This document shows positions 41,588-51,515 of a DNA stretch of 64,000 nt, piece by piece. Source of the DNA: an uncultured Alphaproteobacteria bacterium (GTDB lineage: Bacteria > Pseudomonadota > Alphaproteobacteria > Rhizobiales > Beijerinckiaceae); assembly GCA_963823605.1 (NCBI GenBank), contig CAWGMF010000007.1, forward strand, positions 639-64,638, given 5' to 3'. The notes beneath the pieces are model-generated. The model had not been told where the DNA came from. It made no database searches and saw nothing but the letters and a program-made list of their open reading frames with translations. A program made the translations under genes and the position numbers. Within the stretch, counting starts at the first letter, position 1, and every line of letters begins with the position of its first letter.

Positions 41588-42538
41588 ATGCGAACCGCAC
41601 ACTCCGTCGACGAAACGCTCGGAATTCTGCCGTTTGAGTGCCGGTCGATCGAAAGGTTCGACGGCGGCTTTGGTGTTTCATCAGTCGCCGCCTCAGCTTG
41701 GCGAGCCCTCAGGTCTATAATATTCCGTGCGCGGCAAGTGAGCGGTCGAACGTGGGCGTCGACATCGAAGGACGGGAGGTCGGGCCGACAGGCAACGGGC
41801 AGCGCTCATGAGTTCGGCGAGGCTTTGCACCGAGCGCAGAAAATGGCGGCCGTCGGCCACATGGCGAGCGGGATCGCACATGACTTCAACAATTCGCTTC
41901 AGGTAGCCATGCTCGCGCTCGCGCTGGCCGACAAGCGCCTGGCTCAACAACGCTCCCTCGAATGCCAAGCCCTGCTCAGGGACGCTCACGCCTCCCTGCA
42001 GCGTGCCAGCACGCTAAGCCATCGGTTGCTCAACTTTGCACGTCCCAGGCAGGACAGCGCCAAACGCACCGACCTGAACGAGGTGATCGGAGGAATGCAA
42101 ACCCTTCTTCGGAGCGCGCTCGGAGGGCCCATTGCGCTTTCTCTGGCGTTGGATGAGCATGCGCTCCATGTCGTCTGTGACGTCCACGATCTCGAAAATG
42201 CGGTGCTGAACCTCGCGATCAATGCGCGGGACGCCATGTCGTCGGGCGGCCGCCTGACGATCTCGACCTACCGGGCTGACCTCCTCGCCCACGGCGCAGG
42301 ACTGGCCTGTGGCCCCTATGTCGGTCTCGACATCGCCGACACGGGATGTGGCATGGAGGCGAGAGTGGCAGAGCGCGCCTTCGACGCATTCTTCACGACC
42401 AAGTCACCAGGACAGGGAACGGGGTTGGGCCTAGCGATGGTCAAGACCTTTGTGGGCGAGCATCGGGGACATGTCGACATCGCCAGCGTTCCCGGACGCG
42501 GAACGACCATCCGGATCTATCTTCCGGCATCTGCATAG
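41588..42538 (+). CDS. Sensor-less histidine kinase
   Basis: GIAHDFNN, NAVLNLAINARDAM, DTGCGM, FFTTK, GTGLGL; AGGAGA RBS; no TM or PAS. Confidence 0.85.
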   Translation: MRTAHSVDETLGILPFECRSIERFDGGFGVSSVAASAWRALRSIIFRARQVSGRTWASTSKDGRSGRQATGSAHEFGEALHRAQKMAAVGHMASGIAHDFNNSLQVAMLALALADKRLAQQRSLECQALLRDAHASLQRASTLSHRLLNFARPRQDSAKRTDLNEVIGGMQTLLRSALGGPIALSLALDEHALHVVCDVHDLENAVLNLAINARDAMSSGGRLTISTYRADLLAHGAGLACGPYVGLDIADTGCGMEARVAERAFDAFFTTKSPGQGTGLGLAMVKTFVGEHRGHVDIASVPGRGTTIRIYLPASA

Positions 42539-42637
42539 CCAAGCCGTGCAGAACAAATCTGCAGCCGACCTGTCCCGCGGCGCGGCCAACTGATCGATCC
42601 GTCTTGATCCCTTTTTCTCTGGCTGGGTGAGCACAAG

Positions 42638-43042
42638 ATGGCCGACGTGGACAGCGATTTAATCGAGTTCGAATCCGATCGGGGCTTCCAAGAAGCCGTG
42701 GCGACACTGGTCGAGGTGATCGAGGGAGCGAACATGACCGTGTTCGCGACGATCGATCATAGCGAAGCCGCGCGGGAAGCCGGCTTGGCAATGCCGCCAA
42801 CAACCGTCCTGATCTACGGCAACGCGCGTGGCGGCACGCCCATTATGCTTGCGGCACCAGTTGCGGCGCTCGATCTACCCTTGCGTGTTCTGATCCGAGA
42901 AACGCCTGATGGACGCACCAAAGTTTCGTTCCGATCGAGCGACGTGTTTCTTCGCCGGGCAGGCGTGCCGAACGATCTCGCCGAGCGCCTGCTCCCTGCC
43001 CAGCATCTGCTTGCGACGGCGCTCGGACGCGAGGAAAGGTGA
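42638..43042 (+). CDS. DUF302 protein
   Basis: FATIDHS, YGNARGGTPIM, ALDLPLRVLI. Confidence 0.85.
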   Translation: MADVDSDLIEFESDRGFQEAVATLVEVIEGANMTVFATIDHSEAAREAGLAMPPTTVLIYGNARGGTPIMLAAPVAALDLPLRVLIRETPDGRTKVSFRSSDVFLRRAGVPNDLAERLLPAQHLLATALGREER

Positions 43043-43104
43043 TGTTCTCCGAGGTCAGGGGTGGGCCGCGTGGGTCACGGAGCCTCTCAGTGCCTCGGCA
43101 CTCT

Positions 43105-44334
43105 TCAGTTCTCGCTCTTCAGAACGCCGTCGATGCGCTTCGCGGCATCCTTCATCGTCGCTTCGATCGGGGCCTTACCCAGGTAGACGGTCTGGACGGC
43201 GTTGATGGTCGTCTGTGAGATCTCGTCCGTGCCCCGGATGACCGGTGCGAAATGCGCGTAGGGCAGGAGGGCCGTAAACACCTTGAGATCGGCATTGTCG
43301 GCAAAGTACGGATCGGCAGCTTCCTGGACGTTGACGGGCAGGAAACCTTCGATCTTGTCGAACTTGACCCTTTGCTCAGTGGTGAACAGAAAGTCCAGAA
43401 ACTGCCACGCTGCATCCTTGTGCTTCGAGTTCTGGAACAACACGATCGAGTCGGTCACGCCATAGGTGAACGGCTTGCCGCCAACCGCCGTCGGGATCGG
43501 TGCGATGCCGTATTGAAGGGTCGGAGCCTCGGCCTTGAGTTGGCTCGACAGGAACGGCGCCGTGATCACCGTCGCGACTTTGCCGACCTTGAACAGGTTC
43601 TGGACGTCTTCGCGGCTGTAGGAGGTGACGCCCGGCTCGGCCAGACTGTCCTCGATGAAACTCCGATAGAGTTTTGCAGCGCTGATGGACGCATCGGAGC
43701 CGATCCCCGATGCCCCATTCTGCACCATGTCTCCCCCGAAGGACCAAAGCCCATAATAGAAGTAGACGTCCGTCTCGATTTCCTTGCCCTGAAGACCGAA
43801 AGGAAACACGTCAGGATGACCGGCCTTGATCTTCTTGATGGCCGCTGTGAAGTCCGGCCATGTCGACGGGGGACCATCCAGGCCGATACTCTGAAACAGG
43901 TTCTTGTTGTAGTACATGGCTCGGGCCGAGGCCGCGATGGGCAGCCCATAGGTCTTGCCGTTCATCACCGACGGTGCCAGGAACGTGGACACGAACCGGC
44001 TCTTGAACTCAGGCGTTTCGTACTGATCGAGAGGCGCGACGATACCCTGCGAAACATAGTCAAGCAGCCAGCGCGTTCCCACGATTGCGAGATCCGCGTT
44101 CCGATCTGCGGAAATATCGGTCACGAGCTTCTGCTGAAGATTGTCCCACGGGACGACTTCGATCTGAACATTCACTCCAGGATGCTTTTCCTCGAAGCTT
44201 CGGGCAGCTTCGTTGAAGTAGGGCCCGGTCCCTTTGCTGTATTCCGCCACCGTGACACGCAGAACATCGGCGAAACCTAATGTCGAACTTAAAAAAATAG
44301 CAGCAAAGGAAATCGACCAGCGGAAGATTTGCAT
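43105..44334 (-). CDS. ABC sugar-binding protein (family 1), orphan
   Basis: Signal peptide, FEEKHPGV, YGLP, YYNK, AWQFLDFL. Confidence 0.88.
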   Translation of the reverse strand: MQIFRWSISFAAIFLSSTLGFADVLRVTVAEYSKGTGPYFNEAARSFEEKHPGVNVQIEVVPWDNLQQKLVTDISADRNADLAIVGTRWLLDYVSQGIVAPLDQYETPEFKSRFVSTFLAPSVMNGKTYGLPIAASARAMYYNKNLFQSIGLDGPPSTWPDFTAAIKKIKAGHPDVFPFGLQGKEIETDVYFYYGLWSFGGDMVQNGASGIGSDASISAAKLYRSFIEDSLAEPGVTSYSREDVQNLFKVGKVATVITAPFLSSQLKAEAPTLQYGIAPIPTAVGGKPFTYGVTDSIVLFQNSKHKDAAWQFLDFLFTTEQRVKFDKIEGFLPVNVQEAADPYFADNADLKVFTALLPYAHFAPVIRGTDEISQTTINAVQTVYLGKAPIEATMKDAAKRIDGVLKSEN

Positions 44335-44575
44335 AATATTAGCCCTCTACATTAGTCTCCAACAACGGCTCCGCGTCACAGGACGGCTGCTCACACCTCC
44401 TCATGGCCGCGAGGTCGCGCCTGATCATCATGCCGCGGTACGTCGCCCGAAGCGTCTCAGGACACGTTCTCTAGCCTCTTCGGTCCATTCTCTCATCGGT
44501 TCTTAGAGGTTTGCCAGGTCGCGGCATAGCTCTATGGACGGAAAACAGCTTCTCGGAATCCGGAAAGATCTGCTC

Positions 44576-45481
44576 ATGGACCGTTTCGAATCCATGTCGG
44601 TGGTCGTGAATGTTGCCGATTCGGGCAGCCTCTCCGCAGCATCGCGGCGGCTCGGCGTGCCGATTCCGACAATCAGTCGAAAGCTTTCGGACCTCGAGGC
44701 ACACCTGAAAGTCCAGCTGTTCCAGAGGTCGTCGCGGCGCATGTCGCTCACGAAGGCAGGCCGGTCTTATGTCGAAGCATGCAGACGCATCATCGAGCAG
44801 GTCGAGGACGCCGAACGGGAAGCGGTCGGAGAATATCGCAGGCCGACCGGCGATCTGACCGTGACCTCCCCTTGGGGAATCGGACATCTGCACCTGCTGC
44901 CGCTCGCCTGTGAGTTCCTCAACACCTATCCGGATATCAGCTTGCGTCTTTTGTTGAGCGACCAGGTTCTGAATCCACTGGACAACAACATCGATGTTGT
45001 CGTGCGGATCGGATCGCTGCCAGACAGCAGCATGGTGTCGACGCGCATCGCTTCTATTCGCGTGGTGGCTTGCGCCAGCCCCGACTATCTCGCGGTGCAC
45101 GGGACACCACAGTCCTTAGCCGAACTATCCGAGCATAAATGCATCACGATCGATGATATGGCCGCCCCGCGCGTCTGGAAGTTCGCAAAGGACGGCCTCG
45201 AGGTCACGACGCCTATTCGGTCGCGGCTCACCGTGAATACGTCGGAGGCCGCAGTCGCGGCTGCAGTCCAGGGTGCCGGAATTGCCCGTGTGATGTCCTA
45301 CAAGGTGGAGGCCGAACGGGTGGCCGGAACTCTCGTGGTCATCTTGGAGAAATATGAAAAGGATCCTCTTCCAGTCCACATCCTTTTCGCGGAGCGAAAG
45401 CCCATGCCGCTCAAACTTCGTGCTTTTTTAAACTGGCTGACACCACGCCTGAAGGCGCGATTGGAGCCGATTGTTGCCTAA
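44576..45481 (+). CDS. LysR family regulator
   Basis: MDRFESM, GSLSAASRRL, LFQRSSR, KLRAFL. Confidence 0.92.
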   Translation: MDRFESMSVVVNVADSGSLSAASRRLGVPIPTISRKLSDLEAHLKVQLFQRSSRRMSLTKAGRSYVEACRRIIEQVEDAEREAVGEYRRPTGDLTVTSPWGIGHLHLLPLACEFLNTYPDISLRLLLSDQVLNPLDNNIDVVVRIGSLPDSSMVSTRIASIRVVACASPDYLAVHGTPQSLAELSEHKCITIDDMAAPRVWKFAKDGLEVTTPIRSRLTVNTSEAAVAAAVQGAGIARVMSYKVEAERVAGTLVVILEKYEKDPLPVHILFAERKPMPLKLRAFLNWLTPRLKARLEPIVA

Positions 45482-45919
45482 CGAGCGTTGCTCGCGTGAA
45501 GCGAGGTCGGCCAATGACGTCGACGGCCTCATTCGCTGCTCGGTCTGGTGTTCAAGAACCTTGGTCGAGCTTGGCGCGGCCAGAGGGTAGATGCCTGACG
45601 CTGCTGCCGCGGTCGTAGTTTTTGCCGCGCCTTCGTCGAGCTTTCAACGGGTCACGTCCGGCGTTGTCCGGTCCACGGCTATTCCACTCCGAAGCAGCCA
45701 GTTCGCTTGCGGCCAGTCTGGGACGAAGAGCGGTCGAACGGGAGTGCGCCATTACGGTCGCTCAGCGTCTTAGCGACCGAGCCTCAAAGTGATCGGTCCC
45801 ATCATCGGTGGGCTACGCGACCCTTGGAATCCAAGTCCGCGAACCGCGTGCAAGTGCAAGCCTCGCACTGGGGCGCGTCGCTGTCGACGGTTTAGAAAAA
45901 CGGTACTCAGGCGTGATGC

Positions 45920-46616
45920 CTAGGCGGGGTTCTCGAAATCGCCGGGGCTGTTGTCCGTCGCATACCACTCCGGACTGCGCTTCTGGACGGCCTCGGACAG
46001 CGCCTTACGGACGCCGGCGGCATCGAAATCGTTGGTGTAGACGGGCGAGCCGGGTTGCTGGCGCCACGACTCGTCGAGGCCCCCCGCATCGACCGCATCG
46101 AAGCCGAGCTGATCGATCAGTTTCATCACAATGCCCTTGGCGCGGCTGTCGTCACCGGCAACCGGCAGGGCGACCCGTCCAGCTGTACCGGCGGGCTTAC
46201 CCTTCTCGAAAAGATGCTGGGCATAGATGTTGTTGAACGCCTTGATCACCGGCCGCCCGAGGTGCTTTTCGACCCAGCGGCTTTCGGGCAGGCCATTCTC
46301 GATGTCTTCGATCCGGCCATCCCGGTGGCGAGGATAGTAGTTCCCGGTGTCGATCACGACCGCGCTGTCCGTCCAAACCGGCCAGCAGATCACGAGGCAG
46401 GCGGGGTATCTCCTTTTCCGGGATCGTGACGACAACGAGGTCGACGTCACGGGCGGCGTCGGTTGCCGTCGTGGCCGTGGCTCCCGTCTCGGACGCCAGA
46501 GCGGCCAGGGTCTCCGGCCCGCGGGAGTTCGCGACCTTCACCTGATGGCCGAGCGCGCGAAGACGACGCGTCAGGGCGGCGCCGATGTTACCTGCGCCTA
46601 CAATACCAATCTTCAT
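45920..46616 (-). CDS. NADP oxidoreductase, F420-dependent family (frameshift near 46370)
   Basis: MKIGIVGAGNIG, NSRGP, IDTGNYYP, IKAFNNI. Confidence 0.85.
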
Positions 46617-46706
46617 AGCGGTTCCTTCGGTGTCGATCACGCGACGCGACGGCGCCACGAGATTTAGTTGGGCAGCATGTGGGACAAGCTCGCAATTTGG
46701 AAAGGC

Positions 46707-46831
46707 GAAGTTGACGCCCGCCACCTCCTGGGCAAGCCGGACATGGCCGTGACCCGGCTCGTAGACGTCGTAGGCTTCGTATGCAGGACTTCGGGACCTC
46801 CGGTTCGACGGATGCGGATGCGATGCGCCAC
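46707..46831 (-). pseudogene. N-terminal remnant of a quinone oxidoreductase (MDR/Qor-like)
   Basis: With one indel reads VAHRIRIRRTGGPEVL-YEAYDVYEPGHGHVRLAQEVAGVNF, then homology stops. Confidence 0.7.
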
Positions 46832-46883
46832 GGAGACCGTCCGAATTCATGGAAACCGCACCTCGCGATTCGGCGGGCGCCGC

Positions 46884-47175
46884 TCAGAACGCCCAGTCGA
46901 CGAGCTGCTCGCCGCCGGTGACGTCGAGAACAGTGCCGGTGACATAGGGATTGGTCATCAGGAACACGGCGGCGTGCCCGACGTCGGCGGCTTGGCCGAG
47001 GCGGCGCGCCGGGAACTTCGCTCGCACCTTCTCGCGGACGGCGGCGGCGTCGGCCTCGGAGAGGAAGGTCCAGAAATCGGTATCGATGAAGCCGGGCCGG
47101 ATGGTGTTCACCCGGATCGGGCCGAGTTCCAGCGCGAGCGAGCGCCCCAGCGCCTCTACCGCGGCGAAGGCCGAC
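46884..47175 (-). pseudogene. 5'-truncated SDR oxidoreductase
   Basis: AVEALGRSLALELGPIRVNTIRPG...VTGTVLDVTGG; no Rossmann N-terminus. Confidence 0.8.
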
Positions 47176-47619
47176 GTCGGCTATGCCGGGCTGCAGGTCA
47201 CCGACCGTGGCACGCTGCGATATTACATCGGGGACGCCAGGTGGTGCTGGGTGGATGCCGAGGACGTCGCAGATGTTGCGGCCGCTGTCCTGCGGGCACC
47301 CCATGTCCACGATGGCGATACCGATCGGCTCGGCTACGACGTCAAGAGTTTCGGAGAGGTTGCGGCTATCATCGCGGATGTGATTGGCCAGCCCTTCCGC
47401 GATGAGGCTCGTCCACCGAGTGAGTTCTTGGAGGCCATTCTCAATGCCGGGGCGAGCCTGGCCTATATGTCGTGTGTCCATGACAGTTTCTCGCGCCTGT
47501 CGCACGGAGATCTTCACGGGTCGGACCAGACATTCGACAACTTCACCGACATAACGGGGAAGTTGCCCACCACCATGAGAGACTTCGTGAGCAGGCACGC
47601 CGAATACTTTCGTTACTAA
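47176..47619 (+). pseudogene. 5'-truncated NmrA-like/extended SDR gene
   Basis: WVDAEDVADVAAAVL, EVAAIIADVIGQPF, ITGKLPTTMRDF; no start. Confidence 0.75.
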
Positions 47620-47792
47620 GGTTCGGCTTCGGCGTGAGCCAGGAATTTGCATTTGGTTGTTCGTGCAGGCCGCCATAATGGCTGGCCGGTGATAAGCGAC
47701 GCAGCCCCGCCGCTCTTTGCTCAAGCTGGCCGAGTTCGGCCAAGCTGTGTGTTCCCGCAATGGCCATAGACGTCCATCTCCATCGACGGATA

Positions 47793-47845
47793 AACGGCGG
47801 CTTTCGGGCGCCACGGCAAATCCGCTGAACGACGCTAGTGGGCGC
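47793..47845 (+). repeat. 53-bp bipartite repeat, copy A
   Basis: aacggcggctttcgggcgccacggcaaatccgctgaacgacgctagtgggcgc. Confidence 0.8.
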
Positions 47846-48526
47846 TAAGCCACGGTCGCGAGTGGCCGCTTGGTGTCGACGCCGGTGCGCTCGATAAGCG
47901 CATCCCAGCTGGTCGCGCGCATGCTGGGGCGCGATTTTATCCGATCGAGCCAGGCGGAAAGGTTCGGGTGCGCGGCGAGCAGGTCGCGGCCTTCCTGATA
48001 TTCAAGCAAGAAGGAGAGGTGGGCGCCACCATCAGGTCGCCGAGCGAGAGGTCTCGCCCGCAAAGAAGAGTTGGTCGCCCAGCAGCCGGCGAGTTCGGCC
48101 ATCACGACGCGCGCCGGCTCCATCCCATTCGCCACTGCCTCCTCGTCGGGCTCGAGACCCAGCAAAGGGACGATCCGTCGGTTGAAACTCAAAACCGCGC
48201 TCACCTGGCGCACGACATAGTCGTTGGTAAGGCTGATCATCTGGTCGACCCGCGCGGCCTGTCGTGGGTTTTCCGGGCACCAGTGCCGGACCCGCACAGA
48301 CCCGATCGAGATAGCGCAGGATCGCGTGCGTCTCGTAGAGGCGGAAGTCGCCATGATCGAGCGTTGGGATCTTCTGGAACGGGTGGATCGCGAGATAGTC
48401 GCGCGCGCGGTGCGCGCCCATCGGGATCGCCGCGAGCGTCCAGTCGGCGCCTTTTTCTTCCAGCGCGAGCGCGACCGCGCGGACATAGGGGCTGCCGGGA
48501 ATGCCGTGCAGCGTGAAGTCGGTCAT
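47845..48526 (-). CDS. Glutathione S-transferase family protein (frameshifts)
   Basis: GSPYVR, HPFQKIPTL, LYETHAILRYL, HPNLSAW...SRPSM. Confidence 0.85.
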
Positions 48527-48987
48527 CGTTCGTCTTCCTGATTGGCGAAATCGGCGAAGTCCTGGAGCCGGGTCGGCCAGCCGCCGGACAGCTGCGCGAC
48601 GACCCGCTCGGCGCTCGGACCGAATCGCTCGAGATGCCGGTGCTCCAGCGTCACACGCGTGCCCGTGCCTTCGGGCGCGAACGTCACGAGCACCTCGGTC
48701 TCACAGGCCGGATCGTGGCTGAAGCTTGCGTCCAGGTGCCAGGCAAGCAGAATCCGATGCGGCGGCTCCCACGCGATCACCTTGCCCCAGTCGCACTGCG
48801 TGCCAGCCTCGTCCTCCTCATACCAGCGACCCCCGGGCTGCGGCTCGAGTACGATGGCGCGGTGCGGGCTCTTGCCGATCGTCTTGCCCTTGCTCCACCA
48901 GTCGCCCATGCGGGCCGCGAAGAGCGCGAAGGCGCGGTCTGGCGGGAGCTTGACCGAAACGGTCTGAATGATCGGCGCGATGCTCAT
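48523..48987 (-). CDS. SRPBCC/AHSA1-like protein
   Basis: WGKVIAWEPPHRILLAW, GTRVTLEH, GGW; GAGGAG RBS. Confidence 0.85.
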   Translation of the reverse strand: MSIAPIIQTVSVKLPPDRAFALFAARMGDWWSKGKTIGKSPHRAIVLEPQPGGRWYEEDEAGTQCDWGKVIAWEPPHRILLAWHLDASFSHDPACETEVLVTFAPEGTGTRVTLEHRHLERFGPSAERVVAQLSGGWPTRLQDFADFANQEDER

Positions 48988-49303
48988 TGGCCTCCTCGGG
49001 CTGGGCGTTGGCGAAGTCCTCGAAGTCGGCGAGCGCGACGGCCCAGAAGCCTTCGAGCCACTCGCGCACCGCGGCGAGGCCGCGCGGATCGATGCTATAG
49101 ATGCGGCGCGTGCCAACGGCGCGTTCGATCACCAGCCCGGCTTCCTTCAGCACCTTCAGATGTTGCGAGACCGCAGGGCGGGAGACCGGCAGCGCCGCCG
49201 CGATTTCGCCGACGGGTGACGGGCGCGCCGCGACGTGCTCGAAGATCGAGCGACGGGTCGGATCGGCGAGGGCCTCGATGGCCGCAGCGACTCGGTTGGT
49301 CAT
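48984..49303 (-). CDS. ArsR/SmtB family regulator (3' end probably overlaps the SRPBCC start; likely indel)
   Basis: ALADPTRRSI, VSRPAVSQHLKVLKEAGLV. Confidence 0.88.
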
Positions 49304-49327
49304 GGCTTACAGTAAGCCATAACTTAC
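49302..49327. promoter_or_regulatory. Overlapping inverted repeats, probable ArsR operator
   Basis: ATGGCTTAC-A-GTAAGCCAT (49302-49320) and GTAAG-N6-CTTAC (49312-49327) abut the ArsR start codon. Confidence 0.65.
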
Positions 49328-49418
49328 GCTACAGTCAAGCGTCTGCCGAGACGCACTGGGACGAGCCCGCTCGTCATATGCTCGCGCAAGGGCATTGGAC
49401 GCACACGTTACCTGATCC

Positions 49419-49471
49419 AGCGGCAGCTTCTGAAGTCGCCCTGATGACCGTTGAGCGGCGGGAATGGGCGC
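49419..49471 (+). repeat. 53-bp bipartite repeat, copy B (diverged tandem copy at 49477-49529)
   Basis: agcggcagcttctgaagtcgccctgatgaccgttgagcggcgggaatgggcgc. Confidence 0.8.
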
Positions 49472-49869
49472 ATCCTTGCCGGAGCTATTCTGCCCGAAAC
49501 TGGATGCCGCCAAGGTCCGTATCGGGTCGACACTACGGTTTGAGTGCCGGCCAGCTAATGTCCGGAAAGTGGCAATCGGCCAACGGCAGCTTTTAAGCGT
49601 ATCCTGGGGGCGACCTGTCCGTTCCCTTAGGAGCGACGGACGGGACAAGGAGAATTGCCGCTGAGGTTACCGCTTGCACCCCTGCAGCTGCCCGTGGCAT
49701 TGGGCATCTTTGAGGCCGAGCCCTCGTTTTAGAGCGGTTTGCATACAGGGCTTTGCGGGAGCGCTTGTATGACTTTGGTGTTCACGGACTTGAATGTGTC
49801 AGTGAGAAACGGAGAGGCCCTTTTTCGGGAAGTTCGACCGTCAATGTCGGGTACGGCTTAGAAAGAGCG

Positions 49870-51515
49870 ATGCAGAGCGAGGCCAATACACACAGGGCAC
49901 GAGAGCTAACTGAGATTCTGGTCGGCTGGCCGAGCGTCACCGGAACAGCCGATGAGGCCAGCTTCCCTTCGAAGCTGGCCGAACTCCTGCTAAAGACACC
50001 GTACTTCCAGAACCATCCCGGCGATCTCCTGGTCGCGCCCATTCCAGGTGACCCGCTGGGCCGATCGAACCTTCTGGCGCTTGTCAGGGGCGGCGGGCGC
50101 CGGACCGTTCTCCTCACCGGCCATTTCGACGTCGTGCCTGAGGATAATTACGGGGACTTGGCCGGTCTCGCTCGCGCGCCAGATGCATTGCGGGCCGGCC
50201 TTATCGAGAGAACTCCAGCGGACGGGGACACACCCGCAGGCGCTCGCTGACTTGCAGTCGGGTCGCTTCGTCCCCGGCCGTGGCATGCTCGACATGAAGA
50301 GCGGCCTCGCGGCCGGTCTTTGCGCGCTGGAGACCTTCGCGGCTGATCCATTGGTCGGCAACGTGCTGTTCGTTACCACGCCGGACGAGGAGGACCGCTC
50401 GACCGGCATGCGGGCCGCCGCGGTCATGCTGCCCGGCTTTCTGCGCGACCGCGGAACTCGACCCCGTTCTCGCCATCAACCTCGACGCAATCTGTGACGA
50501 AGATGCCGGCGAGACAGGCCGGATGGTGGCGATGGGGTGTCTCGGCAAGCTGCTGCTCAGCGCCATGGTGGTCGGCAAGGAGGCGCATGCGGCCTATCCG
50601 TTCGCCGGCGTGAACGCGGCCTATCTTGCGGCCGAGTTGATCATCGAGATTGAATGCGCGCCCGCGCTGGCCGAGTTATCAGGCGCGGAGCTTGCGGCGC
50701 CGCCAACCGTGCTGGGCGCCAAGGACGGAAAAACGCTCTACAACGTCACAACGCCGGGCGACACTTGGTTGTTCTGGAACGTGCTCGTGCACCGCAGGAC
50801 GGCGGCCGAGGTGCTGGCCATCGCTCGCAGGAGCGCCGAAGCCGCCATCGCGCGCGGGTCGGCCCGGATGCGGGAGCGGGCCGGCGCCATTGGTCAGACG
50901 CTGACGGCGGCCGATGCCTGGTCGCGCACGACAGTGCTTTCGTTCGTCGAGCTGTTCGAGCGCGCCGGGCAGACGGATCCGGCCTTTGAAGCAACCTTCC
51001 GGGTCGAGGCGGAACGGCTCGCCAGCGAGGCCGCCCTGGACCTGCCGGAGCGTAGCCGGCGGCTGACCCGGCTCGCTTGGGAGGCGTCCGGCCTCGAAGG
51101 GCCTGCAATCGTGCTGGGTTTCGCGTCGACGACTTATCCGGCAATTCCATGGGCCGGTGCAGCCAAAACTGAGCAGGCCATCAAGGTCGCCGTTGCGGCC
51201 ATCGCGGACGAGCTCGGCGTGTCGATCCGCACGCAGGATTACTATCCGGCCATCGCCGACATGAGCTTCCTCGGCCCGGTGGACCGGGCCGACCTCCGGC
51301 ACGCCGCTGCCAACACGCCCGTGTGGGGGAGTAGCATCGCCTGGAACCTCGACGCTGAGGCAACGCCCGCCATTCCGTCCATCAACATTGGGCCCTGGGG
51401 GCGCGACTATCACCACTCGCTCGAACGGGCCGATGCCGATTACGCCTTCCGCGTGTTGCCCGAGCTTCTGTCGAGCGTCGTGCGAAGCGTGTTGGCGGCC
51501 GGAGCTGAACCATGA
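49870..51515 (+). CDS. RocB-like M20 metallo-hydrolase (frameshifts near 50210 and 50460)
   Basis: LTGHFDVV, GRGMLDMKSG, PDEEDRS.GM, GKLL...GKEAH, NIGPWGRDYH. Confidence 0.85.

Noticed and set aside
45550-45700. Possible decayed SDR C-terminus
   Set aside because: Only vague similarity; cannot be supported without a search.
47660-47770. Possible decayed integrase C-terminus on the minus strand (MAIAGTHSLAEL)
   Set aside because: Too short, no catalytic Tyr, needs several indels.
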